DNA of 43,359 nucleotides from a virus (IMGVR_UViG_2541047745_000011:1-43359), one strand, 5' to 3'. Shown: positions 1 to 10,304, counted from the first letter of the stretch. Notes: generated by a model not told the origin, from the sequence alone. Program-made: numbers and translations.

Positions 1-1158
1 ATGCTCACCGTTAAGCAGATTGAAGCAGCAAAGCCGAAAGAAAAACCATACCGCCTACTCGATGGTAATGGCCTGTACCTTTATGTCCCTGTGTCAGGGA
101 AAAAGGTATGGCAGCTTCGCTACAAGATTGACGGTAAGGAGAAAATCCTGACCGTAGGAAAATATCCGCTAATGACTTTGCAGGAGGCAAGAGATAAAGC
201 ATGGACCGCGAGGAAAGACATCTCGGTTGGCATCGATCCGGTAAAAGCGAAAAAGGCTTCGTCTAACAACAATTCCTTTAGTGCCATTTACAAGGAATGG
301 TACGAGCACAAGAAGCAAGTCTGGTCAGTAGGCTATGCAACTGAACTTGCCAAAATGTTTGATGACGACATTTTACCCATCATCGGCGGTCTTGAGATTC
401 AGGATATTGAGCCGATGCAACTGCTGGAAGTAATCCGCAGATTTGAAGATCGCGGTGCAATGGAGCGAGCCAACAAAGCCCGCAGAAGATGCGGCGAGGT
501 TTTCCGTTACGCTATTGTCACCGGCAGGGCTAAATATAACCCGGCACCTGACCTTGCTGACGCCATGAAGGGGTACCGCAAGAAGAACTTCCCGTTTCTT
601 CCTGCAGACCAGATCCCGGCATTCAATAAAGCACTGGCAACATTTTCAGGAAGTATCGTATCGCTCATTGCCACCAAGGTTTTACGCTACACTGCCCTAA
701 GAACGAAAGAGCTTCGTTCCATGCTATGGAAGAACGTCGATTTTGAAAACAGAATTATCACCATCGACGCCAATGTGATGAAGGGACGCAAAATTCATGT
801 GGTCCCGATGTCAGACCAGGTGGTTGAACTTCTCACTACGCTAAGCTCAATCACCAAACCAGTATCAGAGTTTGTTTTTGCCGGGCGCAACGATAAGAAG
901 AAGTCAATCTGCGAGAACGCGGTACTGCTTGTGATCAAACAAATCGGCTATGAAGGTCTGGAAAGCGGTCACGGATTCAGGCATGAATTCAGCACGATTA
1001 TGAACGAGCACGAATGGCCTGCTGACGCTATTGAAGTGCAACTGGCACATGCCAACGGCGGATCTGTGCGAGGGATTTACAACCATGCTCAGTATCTCGA
1101 TAAGCGCAGAGAAATGATGCAGTGGTGGGCGGACTGGCTTGATGAAAAGGTGGAGTGA
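1..1158 (+). CDS. int: Tyrosine integrase, P4-like family
   Basis: 385-aa ORF; N-terminus MLTVKQIEAAKPKEKPYRLLDGNGLYLYV is typical of P4-type integrases; C-terminal catalytic region with HGFRH motif. ATG at window position 1. Confidence 0.85.
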   Translation: MLTVKQIEAAKPKEKPYRLLDGNGLYLYVPVSGKKVWQLRYKIDGKEKILTVGKYPLMTLQEARDKAWTARKDISVGIDPVKAKKASSNNNSFSAIYKEWYEHKKQVWSVGYATELAKMFDDDILPIIGGLEIQDIEPMQLLEVIRRFEDRGAMERANKARRRCGEVFRYAIVTGRAKYNPAPDLADAMKGYRKKNFPFLPADQIPAFNKALATFSGSIVSLIATKVLRYTALRTKELRSMLWKNVDFENRIITIDANVMKGRKIHVVPMSDQVVELLTTLSSITKPVSEFVFAGRNDKKKSICENAVLLVIKQIGYEGLESGHGFRHEFSTIMNEHEWPADAIEVQLAHANGGSVRGIYNHAQYLDKRREMMQWWADWLDEKVE

Positions 1159-1294
1159 TCCACCTTAACCACTATCGGATAGTACAAAGCCTTGCAATCC
1201 AGTGCAAAGCTTTGTGTGTTTCAGTTCCCTCACAATCACTATAATGTTCATTACGGTAATCATAAAACTAATGTATAGTTACATATTGTTTTCT

Positions 1295-3415
1295 TCATTT
1301 CACCACCCAACCAGAATTCCAGCGACCTGATTCTTTGATGTAGAGTCTTCCATTTACGATATCTCGATACTCGCTTCCAGGTGTGGCTATTTGTACTCCT
1401 TCAGGATTTCCAGTGCCAGCAATTATACTGTAACTAACGTCTGTGGCTAAATTCCTAACAATGTTAGCAGGAGGGTAAACGTTATCTGCAACAATAATAT
1501 TTGAGCAACTTGCTGTTACATCTACAAAAAACTCATTGCTTATCGAGTTGTGATAACAGTTGTTACTAATCACACCATTTTTAGCAGATGAATCAATACC
1601 TATAACTGCGTCTCCAGCTACAGATTCAAATGAATTTGATGTCACAGTGAATCCGTGGCATTCGCAGTTAATATGGACAGCTCTTCTTCCGTTCATTGCT
1701 GTATTACCTACAATTGATATGTTTCTACTTAACAAAGTTCCTTTGTATTCGCCATCATCCTCAAATATATAGAATATCGCCTTAGCCGTATCAACTTTAT
1801 TGTTGCTTGCAATCACATTAGCAATGTAATTCCCTCTAAGGAATATCCCATTACATGAATCGACTGTGTTTCCAGTGATGGAAACTCCGTCAACCCATCT
1901 CATATCAAGAATGGAGCCATCACAGGACTCAAAATTATTTCCTGATATCCTCCAGTCTCTGTGAAATATTCTACTACCTTCCAATCCGCTCTCAATAAAT
2001 GTTGGTGTAAGGCATGATATCACAGAATTTCCAGTGCAATTTTTAAATGTATTATGATGTATACACACATCTCTTGATGTTTCCCGAAGAGTTGTGCTTA
2101 CTTTCCTCCCGGTAAATATTATTGCTGGATTAGTGAAATTTATAAATGTGTTTGAACCAATGTCAACATTTTCCCACCTAGAAAAGCCACGAATGCCAGA
2201 ATAAGAATTACCATCAAAAGTACAATGGTGGATTTTTATATCAATAACTGGCTGCGCTCCATCTGTTGAACCGTGATTCCCTACGCCAACAGCCCATGAC
2301 GGTAGAGATTCTGACGGTCCAAAATAACAACCAGACACTTTAATGCTAGCGATATTATCATTGCTGGACAATGGTGTTTCAATCTGAATAGCATCTGAAA
2401 AACCTCTGTTACCTGCCCAATCCATAAACCCCATAAAACGGCAGTTTTCAATATTAACATTTCTCACGCGAGACAAGTCTATAGCATGCGCCCCTGAAAC
2501 ATTAAGGAATGTGCAATCCCGAAATATAATCCCATTAGTAAAAACAAATTCAAATATACTGGCTTGGTTTTTGTATATATTGCCATTGTTATTAAAAACA
2601 CCACCAAATACAGATATATTATTACCACATTCGACTTCAGATGTGTATATGCAAGCAAATGTATTTACACCTGTGTCTGAATTATCAAAAGCACGAATAA
2701 TAGTTGCACCTCGTAGATGTAAACTTGTGTTTGAGTATATCATTATTTTTTTTGTTATTTTTATAAGCCATTCACTACGAAAGGTTAAATTCAAACATCC
2801 GTTTATCTTTGCGATATTTAAAGCATTCTGTAAGGCATCGCTATCGTCGCTTACACCATCACCTGTAACCCCAAACCATGACGGTGAAACCTCATTCCCG
2901 TAAACCCTCTTCCACCTTCTACCGTTAAAACCTACAAGAATTGTTCCGTCATTATCTTCTGATGTCGTATCTGTTGGGTCAGCATAGAACACCCCATCAC
3001 CGCCATCGAACAAATTATTTCTTCCATAACAGATTATTTTGTCATTTGTGCCATTATATGAACGTATGTCTGTATAATTACCACCTCCTAAATACGATAC
3101 CCCGTCAATCTGATTTAGTTTCTGCTGAAACATGTCTGGATCATACTTCAGCACATTAGGAAAATAGAATTGCTGCGCTCCATACGCATCATATACAGCC
3201 ATAGAATGGCCTTGCACGGTTACGAATTTGGCAATCTGTCCGTTATATACCGGATATCCAGCAGCGTTAATGATGATTGGTTGCGAAACAGGGATGTGAG
3301 AACCGTCTTCGTTCTCCACATAAACCTGAATCTGGTTTTCAGGATTTACCGGGTCAGTGTCAATTTTACCGATATAAATTTTGCCATTAGCTACGGCTTT
3401 AAAAGAACGCGCCAT
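1295..3415 (-). CDS. Tailspike protein body (706 codons), P22/Sf6-type head-binding N-domain plus beta-helix receptor-binding domain; native first 18 codons separated by IS1
   Basis: N-terminus [40 protein letters not shown] matches residues ~19-60 of P22 gp9 / Sf6 tailspike; remainder is Asn/Ser/Thr-rich, beta-helix-like. Upstream of the ATG is the IS1 end, not a native RBS. Confidence 0.85.
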   Translation of the reverse strand: MARSFKAVANGKIYIGKIDTDPVNPENQIQVYVENEDGSHIPVSQPIIINAAGYPVYNGQIAKFVTVQGHSMAVYDAYGAQQFYFPNVLKYDPDMFQQKLNQIDGVSYLGGGNYTDIRSYNGTNDKIICYGRNNLFDGGDGVFYADPTDTTSEDNDGTILVGFNGRRWKRVYGNEVSPSWFGVTGDGVSDDSDALQNALNIAKINGCLNLTFRSEWLIKITKKIMIYSNTSLHLRGATIIRAFDNSDTGVNTFACIYTSEVECGNNISVFGGVFNNNGNIYKNQASIFEFVFTNGIIFRDCTFLNVSGAHAIDLSRVRNVNIENCRFMGFMDWAGNRGFSDAIQIETPLSSNDNIASIKVSGCYFGPSESLPSWAVGVGNHGSTDGAQPVIDIKIHHCTFDGNSYSGIRGFSRWENVDIGSNTFINFTNPAIIFTGRKVSTTLRETSRDVCIHHNTFKNCTGNSVISCLTPTFIESGLEGSRIFHRDWRISGNNFESCDGSILDMRWVDGVSITGNTVDSCNGIFLRGNYIANVIASNNKVDTAKAIFYIFEDDGEYKGTLLSRNISIVGNTAMNGRRAVHINCECHGFTVTSNSFESVAGDAVIGIDSSAKNGVISNNCYHNSISNEFFVDVTASCSNIIVADNVYPPANIVRNLATDVSYSIIAGTGNPEGVQIATPGSEYRDIVNGRLYIKESGRWNSGWVVK

Positions 3416-3432
3416 AGGGTAATGACTCCAAC

Positions 3433-3936
3433 TTATTGATAGTGTTTTATGTTCAGATAATGCCCGATGACTTTGTCATGCAGCTCCACCGATTTTGAGA
3501 ACGACAGCGACTTCCGTCCCAGCCGTGCCAGGTGCTGCCTCAGATTCAGGTTATGCCGCTCAATTCGCTGCGTATATCGCTTGCTGATTACGTGCAGCTT
3601 TCCCTTCAGGCGGGATTCATACAGCGGCCAGCCATCCGTCATCCATATCACCACGTCAAAGGGTGACAGCAGGCTCATAAGACGCCCCAGCGTCGCCATA
3701 GTGCGTTCACCGAATACGTGCGCAACAACCGTCTTCCGGAGCCTGTCATACGCGTAAAACAGCCAGCGCTGGCGCGATTTAGCCCCGACGTATCCCCACT
3801 GTTCGTCCATTTCCGCGCAGACGATGACGTCACTGCCCGGCTGTATGCGCGAGGTTACCGACTGCGGCCTGAGTTTTTTAAATGGCGGAAAATCGTGTTG
3901 AGGCCAACGCCCATAATGCGGGCGGTTGCCCGGCAT
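3433..3936 (-). CDS. insB: IS1 transposase InsB reading frame
   Basis: Translation [25 protein letters not shown]...[12 protein letters not shown] matches IS1 InsB. Confidence 0.9.
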   Translation of the reverse strand: MPGNRPHYGRWPQHDFPPFKKLRPQSVTSRIQPGSDVIVCAEMDEQWGYVGAKSRQRWLFYAYDRLRKTVVAHVFGERTMATLGRLMSLLSPFDVVIWMTDGWPLYESRLKGKLHVISKRYTQRIERHNLNLRQHLARLGRKSLSFSKSVELHDKVIGHYLNIKHYQ

Positions 3937-4130
3937 CCAACGCCATTCATGGCCATATCAATGATTTTCTGGTGCGTACCGGGTTGAGAAGCGGTGTAAG
4001 TGAACTGCAGTTGCCATGTTTTACGGCAGTGAGAGCAGAGATAGCGCTGATGTCCGGCGGTGCTTTTGCCGTTACGCACCACCCCGTCAGTAGCTGAACA
4101 GGAGGGACAGCTGATAGAAACAGAAGCCAC
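3855..4130 (-). CDS. insA: IS1 InsA
   Basis: Translation [42 protein letters not shown]... matches IS1 InsA. Confidence 0.9.
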   Translation of the reverse strand: MASVSISCPSCSATDGVVRNGKSTAGHQRYLCSHCRKTWQLQFTYTASQPGTHQKIIDMAMNGVGCRATARIMGVGLNTIFRHLKNSGRSR

Positions 4131-4185
4131 TGGAGCACCTCAAAAACATCATCATACACTAAATCAGTAAGTTGGCAGCATCACC

Positions 4186-4245
4186 CGCCATAGTGAAAAG
4201 TTGCGAAGGCATACTCACTACAACATTGGCTGTAATGTCTGTCAT
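4186..4245 (-). pseudogene. Tailspike 5' fragment (native codons 1-20) cut off by IS1
   Basis: Minus-strand translation from ATG at 4245: MTDITANVVVSMPSQLFTMA, then runs into IS1 and stops after 8 IS-encoded codons; matches P22 gp9 N-terminus MTDITANVVVSNPRPIFTE. In frame with the 1295-3415 body once IS1 and one duplication copy are removed. Confidence 0.85.
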
Positions 4246-4313
4246 TTAATTTGCTCCAGATACAAGGAATCGCCGCAGCATTGCCACAGTGATGCATTAT
4301 TAATCAAACAAAG

Positions 4314-4328
4314 AGACCACTGTGGTCT
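4314..4328. promoter_or_regulatory. Perfect 15-bp palindrome AGACCAC-T-GTGGTCT, candidate Mnt operator overlapping divergent promoters
   Basis: Symmetric site midway between the mnt start (4392, +) and the native tailspike start (4245, -); P22 Mnt binds a palindromic operator in the equivalent position. Confidence 0.4.
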
Positions 4329-4391
4329 TATTGAGGATGCAACCAGCAGATAATAAGATGCCGATCCACTCACAAAAGCGAGGCATCAAGA

Positions 4392-4643
4392 ATGGGAAGA
4401 GATGACCCGCAATTTAATCTGCGGCTACCTTACGAATTAAAGGAAAAACTAAAACAGCGAGCCAAATCCAATGGCCGCTCTCTTAATTCAGAATTAGTTC
4501 AGATAGTGACTGATGCTGTATCAAAGCCATCCAAAATTTCAGGCTATCGAGACGATGCGGAACGCATCGCTGATGAGCAGTCCGAACTTGTTAAGAAGAT
4601 GGTGTTTGATACGCTGAAGGATTTGTACAAAAAACCCACCTGA
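4392..4643 (+). CDS. mnt: Mnt repressor (ribbon-helix-helix, Arc/Mnt family)
   Basis: 83 aa, MGRDDPQFNLRLPYELKEKLKQRAKSNGRSLNSELVQIV...ELVKKMVFDTLKDLYKK closely matches P22 Mnt; GAGG RBS upstream. Confidence 0.9.
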   Translation: MGRDDPQFNLRLPYELKEKLKQRAKSNGRSLNSELVQIVTDAVSKPSKISGYRDDAERIADEQSELVKKMVFDTLKDLYKKPT

Positions 4644-4660
4644 TGGTGGGTTCCATTTAT
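4635..4660. terminator. Bidirectional rho-independent terminator between convergent mnt and lipoprotein genes
   Basis: CCCACC-tgat-GGTGGG hairpin with A-run on one side and T-rich tract on the other; overlaps the mnt stop codon. Confidence 0.5.
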
Positions 4661-5079
4661 TAGTCGTGCTTTGTTGACGGTATAAGGGATGCATTTGCCT
4701 CTTTAGGCTTCAAGGTATACATCCCACCATTAAATGGATCTACAGCAAGCCAACCAATTAACCCACCAAACACAAGGTTTCCACCAATATACCAACCATT
4801 AGCATTGGCTTTGATTGGCAGGGTAACTGGTTCGTACCCATCCTTCTCCATAGTGATCTGGTAGCTCTTTTTGCCAAAATAACTACCATCTGACTTGGCA
4901 AGAGTTACTCCTTGCGGGGTCTTACCTTGCGCAACAATCACGCCTGATTCGTCTTTTACCTTAAAGCTCGCACCGGAAGGATTGCTGTTCACTTGCACAA
5001 GCTGTGTTTCGTCACCAACAATAGTTGCGCACCCAGATAACAATATAGCGCCAGCAACGACGCCGATAATCCTCTTCAT
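4660..5079 (-). CDS. Lipoprotein of unknown function (accessory gene in sieA-equivalent locus)
   Basis: 139 aa; signal peptide with lipobox LLSGC; Gly-rich C-terminal region; sits where P22 carries sieA, between gene 16 and mnt. Confidence 0.6.
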   Translation of the reverse strand: MKRIIGVVAGAILLSGCATIVGDETQLVQVNSNPSGASFKVKDESGVIVAQGKTPQGVTLAKSDGSYFGKKSYQITMEKDGYEPVTLPIKANANGWYIGGNLVFGGLIGWLAVDPFNGGMYTLKPKEANASLIPSTKHD

Positions 5080-5213
5080 ATTACTTTCCGTTTTGTTAGA
5101 ATCAGAAAGATCTTAATAATAAAAAGTATTTTCGTGAAGATATTGTCGATTGAGTTAATAACTCATTTACACCCAACAGTGCCATGATGGCAAAGATAAG
5201 GAGAGTTAATCAT

Positions 5214-5699
5214 ATGAAAAAATCACTGTTAATTATCCCGCTTCTGCTGGCAGGGTGTGCAAAGGTTAGCGACTATCAGGCAAGTTGCGAACAACGCTAT
5301 CCAAAGCTTAGCGATATGGCTAATTGCCTTGATGCTAGCGTGAAGAGCGACTCACGCATGGCATCAGCACCAACACCTAAGTTATATGTCCTTGCTGCGA
5401 AGATGCTCGGGCAAGGTGTCGATGATGGCAAGATAAGTGACGCGCAGGCAAGACTTGAGCTTCAGAATCTTTATGTTCAATTACAAAGCCAAGAACAAGC
5501 CCAACAAATAGCACAAAGCCAAGCATTCCAGCAGGCTTTATTGAATTATCAGGCTGTAAACACAATGCAAGCTATCGAGCAAAAAGCGCGCCAGCCTGTT
5601 ATAACTCAACCTTACCCAACACGCGTTGACACTTACACAAACTGCAATTCAGGGTTTGGAAATACAGTCACATGCAACAGTAGCAGTAACATCAGATAA
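5214..5699 (+). CDS. Lipoprotein of unknown function, Gln-rich (divergent from 4660-5079)
   Basis: Start chosen at ATG 5214 (MKKSLLIIPLLLAGCAK, lipobox LAGC) with AAGGAGAG RBS at 5198-5205; track ORF begins at 5184. Confidence 0.6.
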   Translation: MKKSLLIIPLLLAGCAKVSDYQASCEQRYPKLSDMANCLDASVKSDSRMASAPTPKLYVLAAKMLGQGVDDGKISDAQARLELQNLYVQLQSQEQAQQIAQSQAFQQALLNYQAVNTMQAIEQKARQPVITQPYPTRVDTYTNCNSGFGNTVTCNSSSNIR

Positions 5700-5789
5700 C
5701 AATCAGCAAAGGTATCGCCTATGCAGAGGGATACGATAAACCTCGCGTTCTACATATTTGGTTTTTGCACGTTCCTGGTGTTTGAAAAG

Positions 5790-7787
5790 CTATTCTGACA
5801 ACGCATCAGACTTAGCCCCCTGAGTAAGGGCGTTAATGGCCTTTTGCGCCTGCTGCATGGCTTTCTCAAACGCTGTTGATCCGCGTGGGGTGTTTGCCAT
5901 TCGGAGCATTGCATTTCTGAATGGCTCGCTCTCATAGGCGCGAGTAAGAAGTCCGTAGCTTACTGCTGCGCCAGTTGTAGCCGGGTTCATTGCCGTCCCA
6001 TACCCAATTATGAACGGGATAGTTTGCTGCCCTGTGGGTGTTGTTACTGCCGCTTTTGCAGCCTGCTGCGTGGATTGCAGGTAGTTTTTTAATCCTTTCA
6101 GATAAGCAGCGTCCTGCCCCTTAAATGTGATGCCAGTCTGGTTTTGCAGGATGTTAAGCTGCCGAAGGAACTGGTCAGGGGATCCGCCAGATTTCTCCAT
6201 CGCCTTTCCAATGATGCCATTGCGCATTTGCGTCCTGCCAACACGACCAACTGAGTTATACAGAGTCTTAATTTCCGATTTGTTCTTGCTGAATAGCATG
6301 TTGTTGACAACTTCCGGCGTCAGGTCGCCTTTCATGAGAACATTCTTCAGCCTGGTATTCTTTAGTTTCGCCGCTTCGTCAGCGTAGACGGCATTGGCCT
6401 GCTGATATTTACGGAGAGTATCGTTGCCAAGATTCTGACCAATGGCACCATTGATATCGTCGGTCATTGCCTTGTAAACGCGCTGAATGGCAGCATCGGA
6501 ACGGTTTGGTAACACTGGTCGCTCACCTTTCACGTCCATTCTGAACTGGCTGCGCAGGTCGCTTAATTGCTTCAAATCCAGATTTACCGGACCATCAGGA
6601 CCAGCATTGCGAACAAGTTCATCACGATATGATTGAAGTTTTGAAATAGTCTCGTTATCAGCAACCTTACCAAGCTTCTGCAGGTTAGATATCTCAGTAT
6701 CAATCTGCTGAATTGCTCGCGCAGGCTGGATATTGACTCCCGCCATTGCATTCTGAACCTGCTCAAGACGGTTCCCTGCAGCACGACGAATTCCTGATGT
6801 TTTCGCTTTAAGGCTGTCAATAACAACAGCTGGATCATACTCCCCGAATTTATTGGCAAATCTCTGCACCAACTGGCTTCTCGCTTCCTGTTGCGTTGCT
6901 CTCATTCCGCTTGTGCCAGCCAGAGGGATATTTTCTGCTGTAGTCTGCGCCATTTTTCCGACGCGGGAAGTAGGTTGTAACAGGTCCGTGGTGTGCAGAG
7001 GAACTCCTTCACGCTCTGCAAATCTGATAGCCTGCTGCGCTTCTGGCGCAATAGCACCGCGAACGCCACGATAAGCAGCACCTAATCCACGTCCAGCAGC
7101 GTTAATAGCACCGCCAGCCAGCACACCAACGCCTAAATCGGTGGCGAGGGCTTCCGCATCATCTTTCGCACTATTTGCAGCAAGTGATCCAACTGCGTTT
7201 TCTGCGAGAAGTCGTGTTGCCCCCTGAGCAATTCGACCAGCAAGTGTTGGTGCCTGTGCCGCCGCTCTCTCAACGCCAGCAGGAGTGAGGTAAGGCAATG
7301 CTTCAGCAAATACCCTTCCCTCTGTCGTTTGTGGAGTCAGCGCGCCTTGCTGAAGGCCAAAGTCCTGCTCTAATCCCTGCGTTGTTACTCGTGGCGCTGG
7401 TTGATATGTACCATCGCCAATGCCGAGTTTACCGCCAGCCCAAGCCGCCGCGCTTGTTACAGCATCTGCAACTGATGCAGGTATGTTTGCCACGTTCACG
7501 CCAGCCTGCACCAGTCCGCGACCAGTCTCTTTCACTGCTTCACCAAGATCAGACATAAATCCACTTTGCTGTGGTTGTTGCTGTGCTACTGGTTGCTGTG
7601 TATCCACTGGCTGCACAGATGGCAATGGATAGGCAGCATAGAAAGCTTGCTTAGCCTGCTCTGCATTTTCTCCGGCTTGCGGGGCCACGACTTCATTGAA
7701 GTATTGCTCCTGAGCCTGCGCTTTTTGTTCTGGTGCTAACGCCTGATACTGTGGAGAGGCGATAACATCTTTCCATGCTTTAGCCAT
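5790..7787 (-). CDS. Ejection (injection) protein, P22 gp16-like
   Basis: 665 aa, Ala/Gln/Gly-rich; last gene of the ejection-protein block in P22 gene order 14-7-20-16. Confidence 0.7.
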   Translation of the reverse strand: MAKAWKDVIASPQYQALAPEQKAQAQEQYFNEVVAPQAGENAEQAKQAFYAAYPLPSVQPVDTQQPVAQQQPQQSGFMSDLGEAVKETGRGLVQAGVNVANIPASVADAVTSAAAWAGGKLGIGDGTYQPAPRVTTQGLEQDFGLQQGALTPQTTEGRVFAEALPYLTPAGVERAAAQAPTLAGRIAQGATRLLAENAVGSLAANSAKDDAEALATDLGVGVLAGGAINAAGRGLGAAYRGVRGAIAPEAQQAIRFAEREGVPLHTTDLLQPTSRVGKMAQTTAENIPLAGTSGMRATQQEARSQLVQRFANKFGEYDPAVVIDSLKAKTSGIRRAAGNRLEQVQNAMAGVNIQPARAIQQIDTEISNLQKLGKVADNETISKLQSYRDELVRNAGPDGPVNLDLKQLSDLRSQFRMDVKGERPVLPNRSDAAIQRVYKAMTDDINGAIGQNLGNDTLRKYQQANAVYADEAAKLKNTRLKNVLMKGDLTPEVVNNMLFSKNKSEIKTLYNSVGRVGRTQMRNGIIGKAMEKSGGSPDQFLRQLNILQNQTGITFKGQDAAYLKGLKNYLQSTQQAAKAAVTTPTGQQTIPFIIGYGTAMNPATTGAAVSYGLLTRAYESEPFRNAMLRMANTPRGSTAFEKAMQQAQKAINALTQGAKSDALSE

Positions 7788-9181
7788 TAATCACCCCATA
7801 GTGAAGAAAAGTTACTGCTGGCTGCTGGCTGTGATACCTGTGCAGGTTGAGATTGCTGCCGCTGAGATTTACCAACATTAACGTTATATTGTTGGTTGTA
7901 ATTGTTGGTGTATTCCTGAATCTCACGAATCGACTGCTGCATAGCCTCCGGGCTTGAATAGTCAACCTGCGGCATCCCCTGAAAATACATCTTCGCTTCT
8001 GCAACGGTGTTAATACCACTGGCCCCCATGTCCCTTGCTGCCGCCACACCCTGATTCTGCATTCTGCCCTGAATACGTTGTGCTGAGTTATATAACTGGC
8101 GCTGCTCTTTTCCTGTTAATCGGCTGCGAACATCAGCACCAATTGCCGGGTTACCTGCGCCGCCGGTCATTCCTGTCATGAAATCGAGAGCAGAAGCGTC
8201 TGCATTTGCGATCGCGTCGATATCCTTCTTCATGGCATAGTTTTGTGCTGATGCAGACGATGTTGCAGGCGCTGCGATTGAACTGGCAGGAACGCGAACC
8301 ATATTCCCCTCGTTGTCGATGCCTTCGTAGAACGCATTTGCCCCAGCGCCGTGAAGTTTCCCGCCAACCGTTACAGTTCTGCCATCTGATAACTGAACTG
8401 TACGCTCATCATTCCCAGCGGTTCCTCTTGTTGACGCTCGCTGCATTGCCAAATCCTGCCCGCGTCGCGCAGTAGAAGCAGATAAATCCTGACCGCGCAT
8501 CGTGATGTTCTGACCTCGTGCTGTTAGCGCCTCGCCAGCCTGATTGCTGCGGATTGTCTCTGCAAGTTTTCCGCGATCAATCTCACGCCCAACGATTCTG
8601 TCTTGCGCCTGAAAATATTGTTCTGGACCAAGTGCAGCCATTCCAAGGTGATCAACAAACTCTGTGAAACCTTGTGGATTTTGCTGATACATTTTCGCCA
8701 CATCCAGAGGGTCTACTCCGGCACGAGTAAGCTCAGATGAGTTGTTCTGCAACCATGACATCATGGCTTCTGGAGATGAAGCTGCCAGTCTGGCACTTGC
8801 TGCCAGTGTGCCGACAGTGGAACGCTGGTCTTCATCGACAAATTTCATGCCGTTTCTTACAGCGTCAAACTGCTCAGGATACTGTGATGCCAGTTTTCGC
8901 ATTGCATCGCGGTCACCAGATGTATATGCATCAGCATAAGCCTGCTGAAACTCTTGCTGTCGCTTCTGCTGATCCATCTGCTTATACATATCCATGACAG
9001 ATGAAATGCCCTGCAAAGCCTGCAAGCCAACGTTATTACGTCCTGAACGCTCCATCTCGTTATTCTGTCGAATGTATGCAAGCGTGGCGTCTGCATCACT
9101 TGCTCTTGGAGCGTTGGAGTTCATGCCGCCTAACCCGGCAAGAAGCGCGCCTGAATTACCAGCCTGTTGCCATGTAGCCAA
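7787..9181 (-). CDS. Ejection protein, P22 gp20-like
   Basis: 464 aa; position and size match P22 gp20 (471 aa). Confidence 0.65.
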   Translation of the reverse strand: MATWQQAGNSGALLAGLGGMNSNAPRASDADATLAYIRQNNEMERSGRNNVGLQALQGISSVMDMYKQMDQQKRQQEFQQAYADAYTSGDRDAMRKLASQYPEQFDAVRNGMKFVDEDQRSTVGTLAASARLAASSPEAMMSWLQNNSSELTRAGVDPLDVAKMYQQNPQGFTEFVDHLGMAALGPEQYFQAQDRIVGREIDRGKLAETIRSNQAGEALTARGQNITMRGQDLSASTARRGQDLAMQRASTRGTAGNDERTVQLSDGRTVTVGGKLHGAGANAFYEGIDNEGNMVRVPASSIAAPATSSASAQNYAMKKDIDAIANADASALDFMTGMTGGAGNPAIGADVRSRLTGKEQRQLYNSAQRIQGRMQNQGVAAARDMGASGINTVAEAKMYFQGMPQVDYSSPEAMQQSIREIQEYTNNYNQQYNVNVGKSQRQQSQPAQVSQPAASSNFSSLWGD

Positions 9182-9193
9182 GAGACACCTCCA

Positions 9194-9847
9194 TTAAAAA
9201 AGTGAACCAAGAAGACCGACGCCAGCACCAATTGCTGTACCCCAACCAGGCATGATTGCAGTACCTGCAGCTGCACCTGCTGCCGCTCCACCCAGGGCGC
9301 TCTGAAATCCTGATGGTTTATTCGCATTAGCCGCAGATGCTGCCGCCTGCTGTTGATACAACTGGCTGACGTTGTTGGCGTAGTTTTGTCCAGCGTTTGC
9401 CTGACCTGTAAGAGCACCAAGGCCGATATTTGCCAGATTGTTGTAGTTGTTCATCTGACCTGACAGCCAGTTTTGACCGAGTGTAGGTGCGATTGATGCT
9501 AACTGGTTTCCTGTTGCTGTAGAGCCTAATCCACCCGTTGCCTCTGCTGCTGCCAGACTCTGGTAACGCGCCTGACCAGCAAGGTCTTTGTACTGCTGGG
9601 AGTTGTAATACTGGTTAAGCGCCTGACCTTGCCCCTGAAGAGAGGAAAGATTCTGCAACTCTGATACGTACTGTTGAGCGAGTGGCGTGAACGGTGCAAG
9701 GTTTTGCATGTTCGTTTGCCACATTTCACGCTGCAATTCGATACCCTTTTCAGTTGCGCGTGCCTGGGCTTTTGAACCGCCATCACTGCCGCCTTTGCAG
9801 TAAACAGCTTTGCTGAGGTGCTTATTGGCAATCTGGAAAATTAACAT
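9194..9847 (-). CDS. Ejection protein, P22 gp7-like
   Basis: 217 aa; hydrophobic Gly/Ala-rich C-terminus; position and size match P22 gp7. Confidence 0.6.
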   Translation of the reverse strand: MLIFQIANKHLSKAVYCKGGSDGGSKAQARATEKGIELQREMWQTNMQNLAPFTPLAQQYVSELQNLSSLQGQGQALNQYYNSQQYKDLAGQARYQSLAAAEATGGLGSTATGNQLASIAPTLGQNWLSGQMNNYNNLANIGLGALTGQANAGQNYANNVSQLYQQQAAASAANANKPSGFQSALGGAAAGAAAGTAIMPGWGTAIGAGVGLLGSLF

Positions 9848-10304
9848 TCTTTAGCTCCTCGTATTTTGAGCGCGGTAACTGATAAATCGTGATGCCTACA
9901 GGCTTTCCATTGCTGGTATAAGCATCATCAAGGTGACCAACACGGGTAGCGCCAAGCAAACGGATAATTGCCCGTCCGTATTTGGTGATGTCAGGAACCA
10001 TGGTGATGCTGTTAAGGAATGGTGAGTTTTCGAGAAGCCATTTGCAGAATAATCGATGCCCTTGCAGTGCATATTCGCCTCGGAATCCGGGGTCGTACAC
10101 AGCATGGCATTCAACAACGCTATGCCAGAAGTTACGCACTTCATGAACCCCAGCCAGCACTAATCCTTCGTAGATGCCGAGATATACCGCATCAGGCTTG
10201 ATGTAGTATTTATCTCCACTGTCTACGATATTTCCCGTGTTTGCCGGGTTGTTGAGGAATTCTGCAAGCTTCACCGGATTATCGATGAGCTTTATTTCCA
10301 TCAC
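9822..10304 (-). CDS. P22 gp14-like virion protein
   Basis: 160 aa, starts [10 protein letters not shown]; lies between tail needle and gp7 as in P22. Confidence 0.55.
   Translation of the reverse strand: MMEIKLIDNPVKLAEFLNNPANTGNIVDSGDKYYIKPDAVYLGIYEGLVLAGVHEVRNFWHSVVECHAVYDPGFRGEYALQGHRLFCKWLLENSPFLNSITMVPDITKYGRAIIRLLGATRVGHLDDAYTSNGKPVGITIYQLPRSKYEELKNVNFPDCQ

Larger units (their letters stand above)
3418..4185 (-). mobile_element. IS1 insertion sequence, 768 bp, flanked by 8-bp direct duplication CGCCATAG (3410-3417 and 4186-4193)
   Basis: Ends GGTAATGACTCCAACTTATTGAT (3418) and ATCAGTAAGTTGGCAGCATCACC (to 4185) are the IS1 terminal inverted repeats; InsA and InsB ORFs inside; length exactly 768 bp. 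Confidence 0.95.

Noticed and set aside
1560-3439. Several plus-strand ORFs (70-130 codons) overlapping the tailspike gene
   Set aside because: All are antisense to a well-supported tailspike reading frame in AT-rich DNA where chance ORFs are common.
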